A DNA stretch of 63,334 nucleotides, counting the filler, from Octopus bimaculoides (lineage: Eukaryota), in assembly GCF_001194135.2 (NCBI RefSeq). It is 4 parts of 4 records of this genome, joined end to end, with 100 filler letters (N's around TTAATTAATTAA, not from the genome) between each part and the next. Parts side by side here need not be neighbours in the genome. Positions count along the whole stretch, not along the records: positions 1 to 17,236 come from NC_068986.1; positions 17,337 to 38,918 come from NC_068981.1; 2 more parts are not named here. One strand, given 5' to 3'. The notes beneath the pieces were generated by a model that was given only the letters and a program-made list of their open reading frames with translations, was not told where the DNA came from and made no database searches. The translations under genes were made by a program, and so were the position numbers. This document shows positions 12,531-24,435 of the stretch, piece after piece; positions within the stretch are counted from its first letter, which is position 1; each line of letters begins with the position of its first letter.

Positions 12531-14007
12531 ATGTCTCTGACTGTTTCTCTCTCTGTGTGTATGTGTGATAACATACGTACATAAATGCATGCATACATAC
12601 ATACATACATACATACATACATACATACATACATAAGGTCATGTACTGTTAATCTTGGTATGAGATCATCATGTTGCACACATATGGTTGTGATGCATGT
12701 GCCTGGTGTACCCTTATCAGACAGGTAGTCATGATGGGTATAATGGGCTTCGTATATTTTACCCCAGTGTCACTTTGATGGCATGCGCTGCTTTCTCATA
12801 CATACATAATACATTCATACATACATACATACATACATACATACATANNNNNNNNNNNNNNNNNNNNNNNNNNNNNNNNNNNNNNNNNNNNNNNNNNNNN
12901 NNNNNNNNNNNNNNNNNNNNNNNNNNNNNNNNNNNNNNNNNNNNNNNNNNNNNNNNNNNNNNNNNNNNNNNNNNNNNNNNNNNNNNNNNNNNNNNNNNNN
13001 NNNNNNNNNNNNNNNNNNNNNNNNNNNNNNNNNNNNNNNNNNNNNNNNNNNNNNNNNNNNNNNNNNNNNNNNNNNNNNNNNNNNNNNNNNNNNNNNNNNN
13101 NNNNNNNNNNNNNNNNNNNNNNNNNNNNNNNNNNNNNNNNNNNNNNNNNNNNNNNNNNNNNNNNNNNNNNNNNNNNNNNNNNNNNNNNNNNNNNNNNNNN
13201 NNNNNNNNNNNNNNNNNNNNNNNNNNNNNNNNNNNNNNNNNNNNNNNNNNNNNNNNNNNNNNNNNNNNNNNNNNNNNNNNNNNNNNNNNNNNNNNNNNNN
13301 NNNNNNNNNNNNNNNNNNNNNNNNNNNNNNNNNNNNNNNNNNNNNNNNNNNNNNNNNNNNNNNNNNNNNNNNNNNNNNNNNNNNNNNNNNNNNNNNNNNN
13401 NNNNNNNNNNNNNNNNNNNNNNNNNNNNNNNNNNNNNNNNNNNNNNNNNNNNNNNNNNNNNNNNNNNNNNNNNNNNNNNNNNNNNNNNNNNNNNNNNNNN
13501 NNNNNNNNNNNNNNNNNNNNNNNNNNNNNNNNNNNNNNNNNNNNNNNNNNNNNNNNNNNNNNNNNNNNNNNNNNNNNNNNNNNNNNNNNNNNNNNNNNNN
13601 NNNNNNNNNNNNNNNNNNNNNNNNNNNNNNTATATATGTATATATCATATGGGTGGCAATTTTACAACCTAATGGCAAAAATATATACGTCACTAAAGTG
13701 AATAAGGGCTCTAATCAGCACCAGTATTGCTAGAAATGAGAATCAAAACAACTCAATAGCCAACAAAAGCACTATATAAGCTGACAATGCGATAAATTTA
13801 ATCCTAGGCGCAGTGAGAGCCACTGATGAGCGTTAAGATGCATAAGCATCAGAAAGCGAAATCATCAATGATCTGATTGTATTTGCGACCATAAGGAGTT
13901 TGTCTCCCTTGTCAGTTCATTAAGATTGTGCTTTTATTGGCTATTGAGTTGTTTTGACTCTTATTTCTATCAATGCTAGTGCTGATTAGTGCTCTTGTTA
14001 ATTTAGA

Positions 14008-14117
<110 letters not shown>

Positions 14118-14402
14118 CGTGCGCCCGCGCGTGCGTGCGTGCGTTTAAGTGTGTGCGCGCATGCGTATGTATATTCGTGTAAAACGTTTGGTTAATTTAT
14201 GTCTCCCTATCTCAAGAAGAAACTTAGACATTCGTTAAATTGTGATGGTAAAAATATATTCCAGACTGAAATAACGGAGACGGAAGAAGGTAGATATGAA
14301 ATGTTGAAATACTTTGAAGGTATTGCTGCATATTGGCCACAATTTAATGAGTGAAAACCGCAAAATAATTAAATCAAAGGTGTAATTTTAAAACGTACTT
14401 AC

Positions 14403-14685
14403 TCAACTTTCCTCCGTAAAAGGCGCGATCACAATCGTCGAAACCACTATGTCTATACACACAGACTTGTAAAGACTGAGAAAACACCGTTCCTTTGCCA
14501 CATGACATCTTAGTACTCAAAGACAAATCGCCTCTGCAATCAAAGAACTCTTGACAGTTGACGGGCGATCTTACAAAATTGGTTTTCGTTCTTTTAGCTA
14601 CCATCTCACATAATGATGTGACATTTTCACCACCGGCTTTTACTGATATACAACAGAATACAAGTAGGGCTACAATTAGACGCAT
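14403..14685 (-). CDS. Exon 1 of a secreted chitin-binding protein: signal peptide + peritrophin-A (CBM14/ChtBD2) domain 1
   Basis: ATG at 14685; hydrophobic leader MRLIVALLVFCCISVKA; six Cys spaced C-x17-C-x5-C-x11-C-x12-C-x9-C with typical motifs (SPVNCQEFFDC, SCGKGTVFSQSLQVC); GTAAGT donor at 14402-14397 after 283 nt (phase 1). Confidence 0.9.
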
Positions 14686-15191
14686 TTTTACCGTAATGAA
14701 AAGAGTCAGAAAATAGCTTATGTTGGTTGATTCAGCACGAATGATTTTTCTGAAAGTTCATATAAATTGGTCCACTTTTGTATTGCTGATTATTGAATGA
14801 ATGTATAGAAGAAAGAATGGGATATATTTATATTTAGAGAGATCGTTTGTAAATACTTTCATCACATAAAAGATAAGAAAAGGAGTTATCTATATTGTTC
14901 TCCCTTCTTAAACCGCTCCTTCGTTTGTTCTTAACAAAATATTATACACACACACATACACATACACACATTATGTATACATACATACATACATACATAC
15001 ATACATACATACATACATACATACATACACCCACATACATACAGACACACCCATATACATCAATCGAGATGATATTAGTTTCAAATTTTGGCACAAGGCC
15101 AGCAATTTCTGGGGGAGGGGCCTCGAAGTTGACAATGTGGGATCACTCGCTATTGTCCATATCACCTCTCTTCTTCCTCACAACTATTCGT

Positions 15192-15253
15192 TCTCTTCTT
15201 CTTCTTCTTCTTCTTCTTCTTCTTCTTCTTCTTCTTCTTCTTCTTCTTCTTCT
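15192..15253. repeat. (CTT)n microsatellite running into a gap
   Basis: Read directly from the sequence. Confidence 0.97.
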
Positions 15254-16044
15254 NNNNNNNNNNNNNNNNNNNNNNNNNNNNNNNNNNNNNNNNNNNNNNN
15301 NNNNNNNNNNNNNNNNNNNNNNNNNNNNNNNNNNNNNNNNNNNNNNNNNNNNNNNNNNNNNNNNNNNNNNNNNNNNNNNNNNNNNNNNNNNNNNNNNNNN
15401 NNNNNNNNNNNNNNNNNNNNNNNNNNNNNNNNNNNNNNNNNNNNNNNNNNNNNNNNNNNNNNNNNNNNNNNNNNNNNNNNNNNNNNNNNNNNNNNNNNNN
15501 NNNNNNNNNNNNNNNNNNNNNNNNNNNNNNNNNNNNNNNNNNNNNNNNNNNNNNNNNNNNNNNNNNNNNNNNNNNNNNNNNNNNNNNNNNNNNNNNNNNN
15601 NNNNNNNNNNNNNNNNNNNNNNNNNNNNNNNNNNNNNNNNNNNNNNNNNNNNNNNNNNNNNNNNNNNNNNNNNNNNNNNNNNNNNNNNNNNNNNNNNNNN
15701 NNNNNNNNNNNNNNNNNNNNNNNNNNNNNNNNNNNNNNNNNNNNNNNNNNNNNNNNNNNNNNNNNNNNNNNNNNNNNNNNNNNNNNNNNNNNNNNNNNNN
15801 NNNNNNNNNNNNNNNNNNNNNNNNNNNNNNNNNNNNNNNNNNNNNNNNNNNNNNNNNNNNNNNNNNNNNNNNNNNNNNNNNNNNNNNNNNNNNNNNNNNN
15901 NNNNNNNNNNNNNNNNNNNNNNNNNNNNNNNNNNNNNNNNNNNNNNNNNNNNNNNNNNNNNNNNNNNNNNNNNNNNNNNNNNNNNNNNNNNNNNNNNNNN
16001 NNNNNNNNNNNNNNNNNNNNNNNNNNNNNNNNNNNNNNNNNNNN

Positions 16045-16769
16045 AGTGTAGTTGTTCATTTGTGGGTAACAGGGAACCAATGAGGTGATAGACTTGAACT
16101 TTGAACGACGGCGTAAATCCATGTTCAACTATCTCCTTAGATGCACCAAACGATGTCATTTGAAATGCAGAGTTGTATTGTCTGATATTGTTCAGAAAGT
16201 CCTTTGACTGGATGGAAGTGCCTTCCAGAAGATCTATAAGAGGTTGAGGAGGAGCTAGTAGTGCTAGCAATCTTACCTTACCGCCTGAGCAGCTCATGCC
16301 ATTAGTTTCATTTGGAAATTTTAAAGCTTTGCAGAAATGACAATTTCAGTTTAGCGCACCAATTTGGACAAAATTTTCATTTTTATACGAATAACATGGA
16401 TCATAACTAAAAGCAGCTCCAGGAGTTGTTAATAACGAATTTGTACGTAGTCTGTTTCTGAGAGCTATTCTATTGTACCTCTGTCTAATCATTAAAACAA
16501 CGTTTTAATGATCCAGAATTAAGTGCTGCAGCATGCCATTGCTGACATGGGAAAGTCTCCATTCTGTATTGAAACTCATCTGATATGTTGCAACATGCGT
16601 TTGCTGATCTTGGGAAAGTCTCATCTCGCTTCTCCCTTGAGACTCCATCTGACGTGCTGCAGGATGCATTTGCTGGTCTTGGAAAAGTTTCATCTCCCTT
16701 CTGTATTGAGACTCCATCTGACGTACTGTAGCATGTCTTTGCTGATCTTGAGAAAGTCTCATCTCGCTT
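16045..16769 (-). mobile_element. Helitron Rep/helicase N-terminal fragment
   Basis: AAFSYDP...VQIGALN*NCHFCKALKFPNETNGMSCSGGKVRL...PPQPLIDLLEG...FLNNIRQYNSAFQMTSFG is the conserved Helitron N-terminal signature. It is preceded by 23-aa Arg/Gln-rich repeats and truncated by a gap at 16044. Confidence 0.85.
16539..16769. repeat. 69-bp coding-type tandem repeat (about 3.5 copies) inside the Helitron ORF
   Basis: ttgctg-anchored units start at 16539, 16601, 16670, 16739; minus-strand unit MRLSQDQQRHATVRQMESQYRRE (23 aa). Confidence 0.85.
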
Positions 16770-17236
16770 GAAGATTAAGCCGCTCCTTGTCTACCATTTC
16801 GAAAATCCACGAGTGTTCAAGTCGCACAAAATCACGAAGGAGAAGCTGCAGATTATGTGGAAGGAAAACGTTAAAGCCTGCGTCACCAGGCAATTCTTCT
16901 CCGAGTGGGTCAACCTTATCTTCGGACCAGTAGTGAAAAAGTACCTTCTGGAGAACGATCTTCCTCTCAAGGCCCTCCTCATCCTCAACGATGCTCCTGC
17001 TCATCCTCCTAACTTCGAAGATATCCTGGACGAATTTAAATTCATAAAAGTTCTGTATCCTTCACGCAACACCACCCTGTCTTGCAGCCCATGGACCAAC
17101 AGGTGATTTCTAATTTTAAGAAATTGTACACCAAACACCTGTTTCGTCGGTGCCTTGAAGTCATCGAAAATACAAATCTAACCCTTCATGAGTTTTGGAA
17201 GGATCACTACCACATTGTTAACTGCCTGAAAATAAC
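16770..17236 (+). mobile_element. Tigger (TIGD1-like) DDE_1 transposase fragment
   Basis: KIKPLLVYHFENPRVFK...WVNLIFGPVVKKYL...ALLILNDAPAHPP...NTT / LQPMDQQVISNFKKLYTKHLFRRC...FWKDHYHIVNCLKI; one frameshift near 17080; cut by the spacer. Confidence 0.9.
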
Positions 17237-17336
17237 NNNNNNNNNNNNNNNNNNNNNNNNNNNNNNNNNNNNNNNNNNNNTTAATTAATTAANNNNNNNN
17301 NNNNNNNNNNNNNNNNNNNNNNNNNNNNNNNNNNNN
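17237..17336. other. Artificial assembly spacer (44 N + TTAATTAATTAA + 44 N)
   Basis: Exactly 100 bp; the palindromic 12-mer has TAA stops in all six frames; identical structure at two other sites. Confidence 0.95.
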
Positions 17337-17714
17337 CACACACACACATATATGGGTATGTATATAATTTACCATATATAATATACTATACATTCCAACT
17401 CGTTCATATATATAAGTGCGCGCGCGTGTGTATACACATATGTTCATGAGTGTGAGTGTATGAGCGCATGAATTAGTATATATGTACAACGATCTCTATA
17501 CATTAGTCCAGTGACTCTTGGCTATTTTAGGCTCATAGCGGTCTTCTGAATCTCTACTCCATCTCTGATCCCTTCATGGGTACTATTAGTGGAAGAAAAA
17601 TATAACGTATATACTATTTGCATGGTTATTCATCGCAGCTTTATCTTATAAAACAAAATGTTGGCAGTGACGTATCCATCTGTAATGAACATCGTGTATT
17701 GGGATCATTACGTA

Positions 17715-18133
17715 CTCTTTTACTCTTTTACTTGTTTCAGTCATTTGACTGTGGCCATGTTGGAACACCGCGTTTAGTCAAGCAAATCGAACCCAGGACT
17801 TATTCTTTGTAAGCCTAGGTCTTATTCTATCGGTCTCTTTTGCGGAACCGCTAAGTTACGGGGACGTAAACACACCAGCATCGGTTGTCAAGCGATGTTG
17901 GGGGGACCAACACAGACGCACAAACGTATACACATACACACACATATAAAAGTATATATACATATATACGATGGGCTTCTTTCAGTTTCCGTCTACCAAA
18001 TCCACTCACAAGGCTTTGGTCAGCCCGAGGCTATAGTAGAAGACACTTGACCAAGGTGCCACGCAGTGGGACTCAATCTGGAACCATGTGGTTGGTAAGC
18101 AAGCTACTTACCGCACAGCCACTCCTATGCCTA
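17715..18133 (-). mobile_element. SINE family A, full length
   Basis: tRNA-like head (gtggctgtgcggtaagtagcttgcttaccaaccacatggttccagattgagtccc), internal (TA/TG)n, tail gtaaaagagtaaaagag. Confidence 0.88.
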
Positions 18134-18320
18134 TATAGGGATATAAATCTGCAGCAAGAGTATAAGCCATAGAGATTGCCAAAATTTAAACACGGGGATG
18201 TGTCAGTGACCAGGTCGCTGTTGGTGCGACGAATATTTTTGATACTAATTAATAACTGTTGAAGTGAGTTAGTTGTTTTTAAATGGCTAATATATGTCTT
18301 TCAAGCTGTAATTGTTTTAG

Positions 18321-18460
18321 GTTCAACTTTATTTCCAAGGGGAACGCTTAGTACGGATATATTAGCAAAAGTACTTTTACGATTCATGCTTAACCACTCT
18401 GAGACTTATTTTGGGGATCCACCACTCATCCTGACATTTTCATCACTAGTAAATCACTGA
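18321..18460 (+). CDS. Possible isolated exon, unidentified
   Basis: Acceptor attgttttAG at 18319-18320; phase-1 frame (G)STLFPRGTLSTDILAKVLLRFMLNHSETYFGDPPLILTFSSLVNH then TGA. No partner exons identified. Confidence 0.3.
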
Positions 18461-18638
18461 ACTGAGTTTTCATAAGTGTCCAACTGTTTCAGCTGCTCAA
18501 AATACATAGAGACATTTTCATCATGCACTTTTCAATATTTTTAACCGGTTGCAGAAACTGCATCATCTCACCATGCTATATTAATATCTTGTAAATAGTT
18601 ATAGCCTCTTTGTAAAAAATAATATTAGTTTTCTTCTT

Positions 18639-18830
18639 AAGGCGGCGAATTGGCAGAATTGTTAGCGTGTCGGGAAAAATGCTTCTGATTTTAAATTCCG
18701 CTGAGGTCAGCTTCATCTTTTATCCTTTCAAGGTCGATAAAATAAGTACGAGTCAAGCGATGTAGTTGATGTACTTGATTTACTCCCTATCACGAAATTG
18801 CTGGCCTTGAGTCAAAATTTGAAACCAACA
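18639..18830 (+). mobile_element. SINE family B
   Basis: ggcggcgaattggcagaattgttagc...aaattccgctgaggtc...gtcgataaaataagtac. Confidence 0.75.
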
Positions 18831-18900
18831 GTTTACTTCTAAATAATTTTTCTACAAACTCAGCTTCTCGAATGCATACAATGGGTAAAATATAGCATAC

Positions 18901-18955
18901 CTTGGAGTAAGCGACTGTTTAACAGGATATTGATTGGTTCAGGATTTGCACAATA
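18901..18955 (-). CDS. Probable internal exon (55 nt) of the unidentified gene
   Basis: Acceptor tctttgttactctgttgcctttggaaacAG, donor AAG|GTATGC; only phase 0 is open: YCANPEPINILLNSRLLQ. Needs an intervening phase 2-to-0 exon (candidate near 19790-19865, or hidden in gap 19071-19501). Confidence 0.5.
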
Positions 18956-19526
18956 CTGTTTCCAAAGGCAACAGAGTAACAAAGACAACGTCATTTGATT
19001 TAATTTCGTTTTATTTCACCGCATTTCAATAGCCTAAACGATGATATATATATATATATATATATATATANNNNNNNNNNNNNNNNNNNNNNNNNNNNNN
19101 NNNNNNNNNNNNNNNNNNNNNNNNNNNNNNNNNNNNNNNNNNNNNNNNNNNNNNNNNNNNNNNNNNNNNNNNNNNNNNNNNNNNNNNNNNNNNNNNNNNN
19201 NNNNNNNNNNNNNNNNNNNNNNNNNNNNNNNNNNNNNNNNNNNNNNNNNNNNNNNNNNNNNNNNNNNNNNNNNNNNNNNNNNNNNNNNNNNNNNNNNNNN
19301 NNNNNNNNNNNNNNNNNNNNNNNNNNNNNNNNNNNNNNNNNNNNNNNNNNNNNNNNNNNNNNNNNNNNNNNNNNNNNNNNNNNNNNNNNNNNNNNNNNNN
19401 NNNNNNNNNNNNNNNNNNNNNNNNNNNNNNNNNNNNNNNNNNNNNNNNNNNNNNNNNNNNNNNNNNNNNNNNNNNNNNNNNNNNNNNNNNNNNNNNNNNN
19501 NTATATATATATATATATATATATAT

Positions 19527-19688
19527 ATCTGTGTGCGTAGACTTTCTTCAGTTTCCGTCTACCAAATCTACTCAAAAGGCTTTGGTTGGCCCAAGACTAC
19601 AGTAAAAGACATTTGCTCAAGGTGCCACACAATGGGATTGAACCTGGAACCACGTGGTTGGGAAGCTTCTTATCACACAGCCATCCCT
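19527..19688 (-). mobile_element. SINE family A, 5' half
   Basis: cttcttcagtttccgtctaccaaatc...aaggtgccacac...ggttgggaagc, as in 17975-18120. Confidence 0.75.
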
Positions 19689-20095
19689 GGTAAGATATGA
19701 CAAGTATATCTGGCCTATTATTTCTAGCAGGTCGAGTGACCAGATAAGTGTGACAAGTTTAGTCGTTGGCTTATATTTTTGCAAATAGTTCTCTGCTACT
19801 ATCTTTGGATAGCACTGTGTAGGTTTGTTGTAAGAGACATGTGGTGCAGAAATTATAAATCCAAGAACGGATGTAGTGGAACAGACTACGGAAATAGTAG
19901 ATCCAAATACGGAAATCGTAGCTTCAACTAACTATTTAATTAAGGATTCTAGCTATAAATATTCTATCTTCACGTGTGATATATTATCTCCGTTCCATTT
20001 TTGATATAGGAGCGTTGTATATTCTACAAGCAATAACATTTCATGAACATCCTTCATACACAATGGAAGTGCTTAGCTAGATGCAAGTTCATTAC

Positions 20096-20154
20096 TCTGG
20101 CTTATAGAGAATTTGATATTTGAATATAGTTAGCAGATGTGTTAAGCTATTTAG
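20096..20154 (-). CDS. Probable internal exon (59 nt) of the unidentified gene
   Basis: Strong acceptor ccatttccatttccttttcattatAG, donor GA|GTAATG; only phase 0 is open: LNSLTHLLTIFKYQILYKP. Confidence 0.45.
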
Positions 20155-20558
20155 CTATAATGAAAAGGAAATGGAAATGGTGATGCTTATTTATACATTC
20201 CCATGGCAATATTAAAATACATGTGAAAAATTATAAGACTTCAAGTATGAATCGATATAAAATAGTAGATAATTAACTTTTTAGAAATAAGCACGTCTTA
20301 AAGGACAAACTAGAGAGAAATATCGTAACCATAAATGACAGCGATTTAATCTATTAACCTTTAAATTACGAATCAGGATATATATTTCTTCCGTATTTCC
20401 GTTCAGTTCAGTCACTGCACTTAGGATGTCCTTGGACCGTTTCAGTTGCAAAGTAGTTTATCTTTTTTTTCTATATGAAATTGTGCAGTTTACGGTAGCT
20501 GTGACACGTAGAACTACTGTCGACAGTAGCAACTTCTCATTGATTAGTCTGTACCTAC

Positions 20559-20599
20559 CTGTCGCTCCGTAAACGCTCCATAAACTCCTTCCCGCTCTT
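20559..20599 (-). CDS. Probable exon 4 (41 nt) of the unidentified gene
   Basis: Strong donor CAG|GTAGGT, weak acceptor atttaaaacAG; phase 1 to 0 gives (E)EREGVYGAFTERQ. All three frames are open, so the frame rests on its neighbours. Confidence 0.45.
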
Positions 20600-20803
20600 C
20601 TGTTTTAAATTTTCTCGTTTACAGTGACAACCTAATAATTACTTCTTCGTTTTATAGTGTTTATAACACTCAACTGCAATATCTCATGTACACCCTTCCA
20701 TTATATTTGTCCGACTCCTCAATATTCCTTTCTGTATTTATCTTGTCATTCATGATTCTATTTATTCAGTTTTTCGTCAATGTTGCAGCAAAATATTTGA
20801 ACC

Positions 20804-21080
20804 ACTAGTTCTCAACTTTATTTTATCTGTGGACCCCTTTGACTCCTGTTTTATTCTACAGCCCACCACCCCATAACCATTTCATGTTTAAAGAAATGCC
20901 AGGGTGTTTTTATGATTAATATAATTGGTAAAAATTGTAAAAATATTTTGTCCTGTGTAATTTAGAAGTATAACTAGTTTAATACACAACTTTAACAATA
21001 AAGTCTTTAATACACAACTTTAACAACAAAATCTTATGTGGACTCACAAGGGTCATATGGACCACAGATGAGAACCGCTT
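20804..21080. mobile_element. hAT/Charlie-like MITE
   Basis: Imperfect termini ctagttctcaac ... gatgagaaccgct resemble the CAGTGGTTCTCAA-type TIR; AT-rich non-coding interior with a 28-bp tandem duplication. Confidence 0.5.
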
Positions 21081-21247
21081 ACTGGACACAACTGGACACA
21101 ACCATAGACGGACACAACTTTGCTCGTTTTATTGGGTCATACTAATTCAAGTTCTTATTGGGTCATACTAACTCAGGTTCTTATTTCGGACTGGTATTAT
21201 TTTCATCAATTTCTTTATAGTGAATTGCTATGACGCATAAGTCATAC

Positions 21248-21355
21248 CGGTTTTTGAATAAATTAAACTACATCGAAGAGAAGCATCAACTCTACCAACC
21301 ACCACTGCCTGAAGACCGTGTAGAGACAAGAACGTAAATCCCTGAATATTGCAAA
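21248..21355 (-). CDS. Probable exon 3 of the unidentified gene
   Basis: Acceptor ttgttttggattcAG, donor CG|GTATGA. 108 nt; only the phase-1 frame is open: (V)CNIQGFTFLSLHGLQAVVVGRVDASLRCSLIYSKT. Confidence 0.6.
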
Positions 21356-21428
21356 CTGAATCCAAAACAATATATATTAAGTATTTACTCAATGTAAACA
21401 ATTGAGTTTTTCACAGTACACTGCGGAG

Positions 21429-21467
<39 letters not shown>

Positions 21468-21529
21468 CACACACACACTTGCGTGCGCACATACTGTGTT
21501 AGTTCTCTAATACAGATAGCGTGTGATAT

Positions 21530-21823
21530 TGTGGATTGGAACAATCATCGGAACAGCCTGCTCGTGAAATTAACATGCAAGTGGCTGAGTACTCCACAGA
21601 CATGCATACCCTTAACGTAGTTCTGAGGGATATTCAGAGTGACACAGAATGTGACAAGGTCGGCCTTTTGAAACGCAGGCACTACTCATTTTTGGCAACT
21701 GAGTGAGCTGGAGCAACGTGAAATAAAGTGTCTTGCTCAAGGCCACAACGCGTCACCGGTAATTGAACTCGCGGTGAAAGTAAGATAGTGAGCCGAATAA
21801 CCTAACCACTGAGCCACGCGCTT
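21530..21823 (-). mobile_element. SINE family C variant
   Basis: ggaacagcctgctcgtgaaattaac...cccttaacgtagttct...caacgtgaaataaagtgtcttgctcaagg. Confidence 0.8.
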
Positions 21824-21873
21824 TCCCCGATATGTGGATTATTTGGTTGCTAATATATGAATGTCGAAAACGG

Positions 21874-22068
21874 CAAGCTGGCAGAAACGTTAGCACGCCG
21901 GGCGAAATGCTTAATGCTCTAAGTTTTGAGTTCAAATTCCGATGAAGTCGACTTTTCTTTTCATCCTTTTGGCGTCGATAAATTAAGTACTAGTTACGTA
22001 CTGGGGTCGATCTATTTGTCTGGCCCCCTCCCCCAAAATTTCGGGCCCTGTGCTTAGAGTAGGAAAGA
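21874..22068 (+). mobile_element. SINE family B
   Basis: aagctggcagaaacgttagcacgccgggcgaaatgctta...gagttcaaattcc. Confidence 0.8.
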
Positions 22069-22138
22069 ATATATGAATGCTGAACTTTCAAGTTCATTCT
22101 CTCGGTGGTTTGTACTGCTTTCTACAAAGGGTACATGC

Positions 22139-22285
22139 CACACTTAAATTCCTGACAATTTAATCTTATCTTCCTTGCAATTAGTCCTTTTTTCTCTTCA
22201 TCTTCTCTCCATGGTGACAAAACACTGGTAGCATAGCTTTCCTCGAGGGGTTTAAAATCTCGTGTAATTTGCATCCATTGTGCAT
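22139..22285 (-). CDS. Probable exon 2 of the unidentified gene
   Basis: AG at 22287-22286, A-rich acceptor with ctaac branch-like motif upstream. 147 nt, phase 1-1: (D)AQWMQITRDFKPLEESYATSVLSPWREDEEKKGLIARKIRLNCQEFKC. End assumes GC donor TG|GCATGT; an alternative phase-1 GT donor lies 16 nt earlier. Confidence 0.5.
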
Positions 22286-22937
22286 CTTTTATTTTATATA
22301 AGTTAGTCATAAGACAAAGGGAAATGCAATAATATTTACATTTGCTGGCCATCTCGATATTCAATATAGATAGTTTCTGGTAAATAGCTGCAGGAAATAT
22401 AGAAGAAAAATGAGCATGCAAAGAGCGAGCGGGAGTTTCAAAGACGTTCACTTTCGCAAATGATGTCCACGTGACCGGTGAAGGCGTTACCTAGGTTTCT
22501 GTGTTAGGCCTCGTATATAACATTATGATAAAACTTCATTACACTGGAAAAAAAAAATGAAAGAAATCAAAAAGTATGTACGATATTTCACATTTGTCAC
22601 ATCCCAATATTTCATTTATCTCTGTTCTATGAAAAGGTGAAAGTAAGAAGAGGAAGAAGAAAAAGAAGAAGAAGAAGAAGAAGAAGCAGTATTAAAAACG
22701 TCAATGACGACGACGACGACGACGTATCAAGAAAGCAGCAGCAGCATTGACACACGGTGATTGCAATAACCAACCTATACCCAGGAATTCAACAGAAAAA
22801 CAGGAATTGAATTCGTGAAAAGATAGAAAATGAATATGAATGGATTTGATTCACGCAGACACACATACATGCATAGGTACACGCACATATACACACTCAC
22901 TAACACACACTCACATATACATACATATATATGTGTG

Positions 22938-22982
<45 letters not shown>

Positions 22983-22996
22983 NNNNNNNNNNNNNN

Positions 22997-23073
<77 letters not shown>

Positions 23074-24435
23074 GCATGTATATACATATATATTTATATA
23101 TACCTGTGTGAATACGTATATGCATGTATATATATGCATTTGCATATATAAGTGTACATATCCACACAAGTACACAAACAGACACACTCACATGTAGATA
23201 TACATATGTACATGCATACATTTATATATCTATACCTATACGTACGTTTACATACAAGCATACACACATACACCCATACTAGATATTAAATTTTTACCTG
23301 TCAACTACGAAAAATAATTATATATACATATATATATATCTGTTATATATATATATATATATACAAATAAATTCCTCTATTTACATAATATCGAGGTCTC
23401 TTTCTTTCTTTTGTTGCCTTTTCTATCAATATATATATATANNNNNNNNNNNNNNNNNNNNNNNNNNNNNNNNNNNNNNNNNNNNNNNNNNNNNNNNNNN
23501 NNNNNNNNNNNNNNNNNNNNNNNNNNNNNNNNNNNNNNNNNNNNNNNNNNNNNNNNNNNNNNNNNNNNNNNNNNNNNNNNNNNNNNNNNNNNNNNNNNNN
23601 NNNNNNNNNNNNNNNNNNNNNNNNNNNNNNNNNNNNNNNNNNNNNNNNNNNNNNNNNNNNNNNNNNNNNNNNNNNNNNNNNNNNNNNNNNNNNNNNNNNN
23701 NNNNNNNNNNNNNNNNNNNNNNNNNNNNNNNNNNNNNNNNNNNNNNNNNNNNNNNNNNNNNNNNNNNNNNNNNNNNNNNNNNNNNNNNNNNNNNNNNNNN
23801 NNNNNNNNNNNNNNNNNNNNNNNNNNNNNNNNNNNNNNNNNNNNNNNNNNNNNNNNNNNNNNNNNNNNNNNNNNNNNNNNNNNNNNNNNNNNNNNNNNNN
23901 NNNNNNNNNNNNNNNNNNNNNNNNNNNNNNNNNNNNNNNNNNNNNNNNNNNNNNNNNNNNNNNNNNNNNNNNNNNNNNNNNNNNNNNNNNNNNNNNNNNN
24001 NNNNNNNNNNNNNNNNNNNNNNNNNNNNNNNNNNNNNNNNNNNNNNNNNNNNNNNNNNNNNNNNNNNNNNNNNNNNNNNNNNNNNNNNNNNNNNNNNNNN
24101 NNNNNNNNNNNNNNNNNNNNNNNNNNNNNNNNNNNNNNNNNNNNNNNNNNNNNNNNNNNNNNNNNNNNNNNNNNNNNNNNNNNNNNNNNNNNNNNNNNNN
24201 NNNNNNNNNNNNNNNNNNNNNNNNNNNNNNNNNNNNNNNNNNNNNNNNNNNNNNATATATATATAATATATATATATGTATATAATATATATTATATGTA
24301 TATTATATTATATATATATATACGCGCAGTGATACATATACGCCCATTCTCACATACATACACACACCACACACATCTTTCACTTATACACCTATACACT
24401 TTGGTTTTCTTTACGTTTTCTTTCATTTTTGTTAC

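Noticed and set aside
14759-14770. CCAAT/TATA-like words upstream of the CBM14 ATG
   Set aside because: Such words are expected by chance in this AT-rich sequence and the TSS is unknown.
16539-16769. Regularly spaced repeats suggesting a CRISPR-like array
   Set aside because: Whole 69-bp units are repeated with no unique spacers, in frame within a Helitron ORF, in a eukaryotic context.
19868-19930. Three degenerate 21-bp units (acgga...)
   Set aside because: Too short and diverged to interpret; may be the acceptor region of a missing exon of the minus gene.
22122-22451. 109-aa single-exon ORF MNVFETPARS...
   Set aside because: The upstream part reads like intron (T-rich, branch-like ctaac); better explained as exon 22285-22139 of the spliced model.
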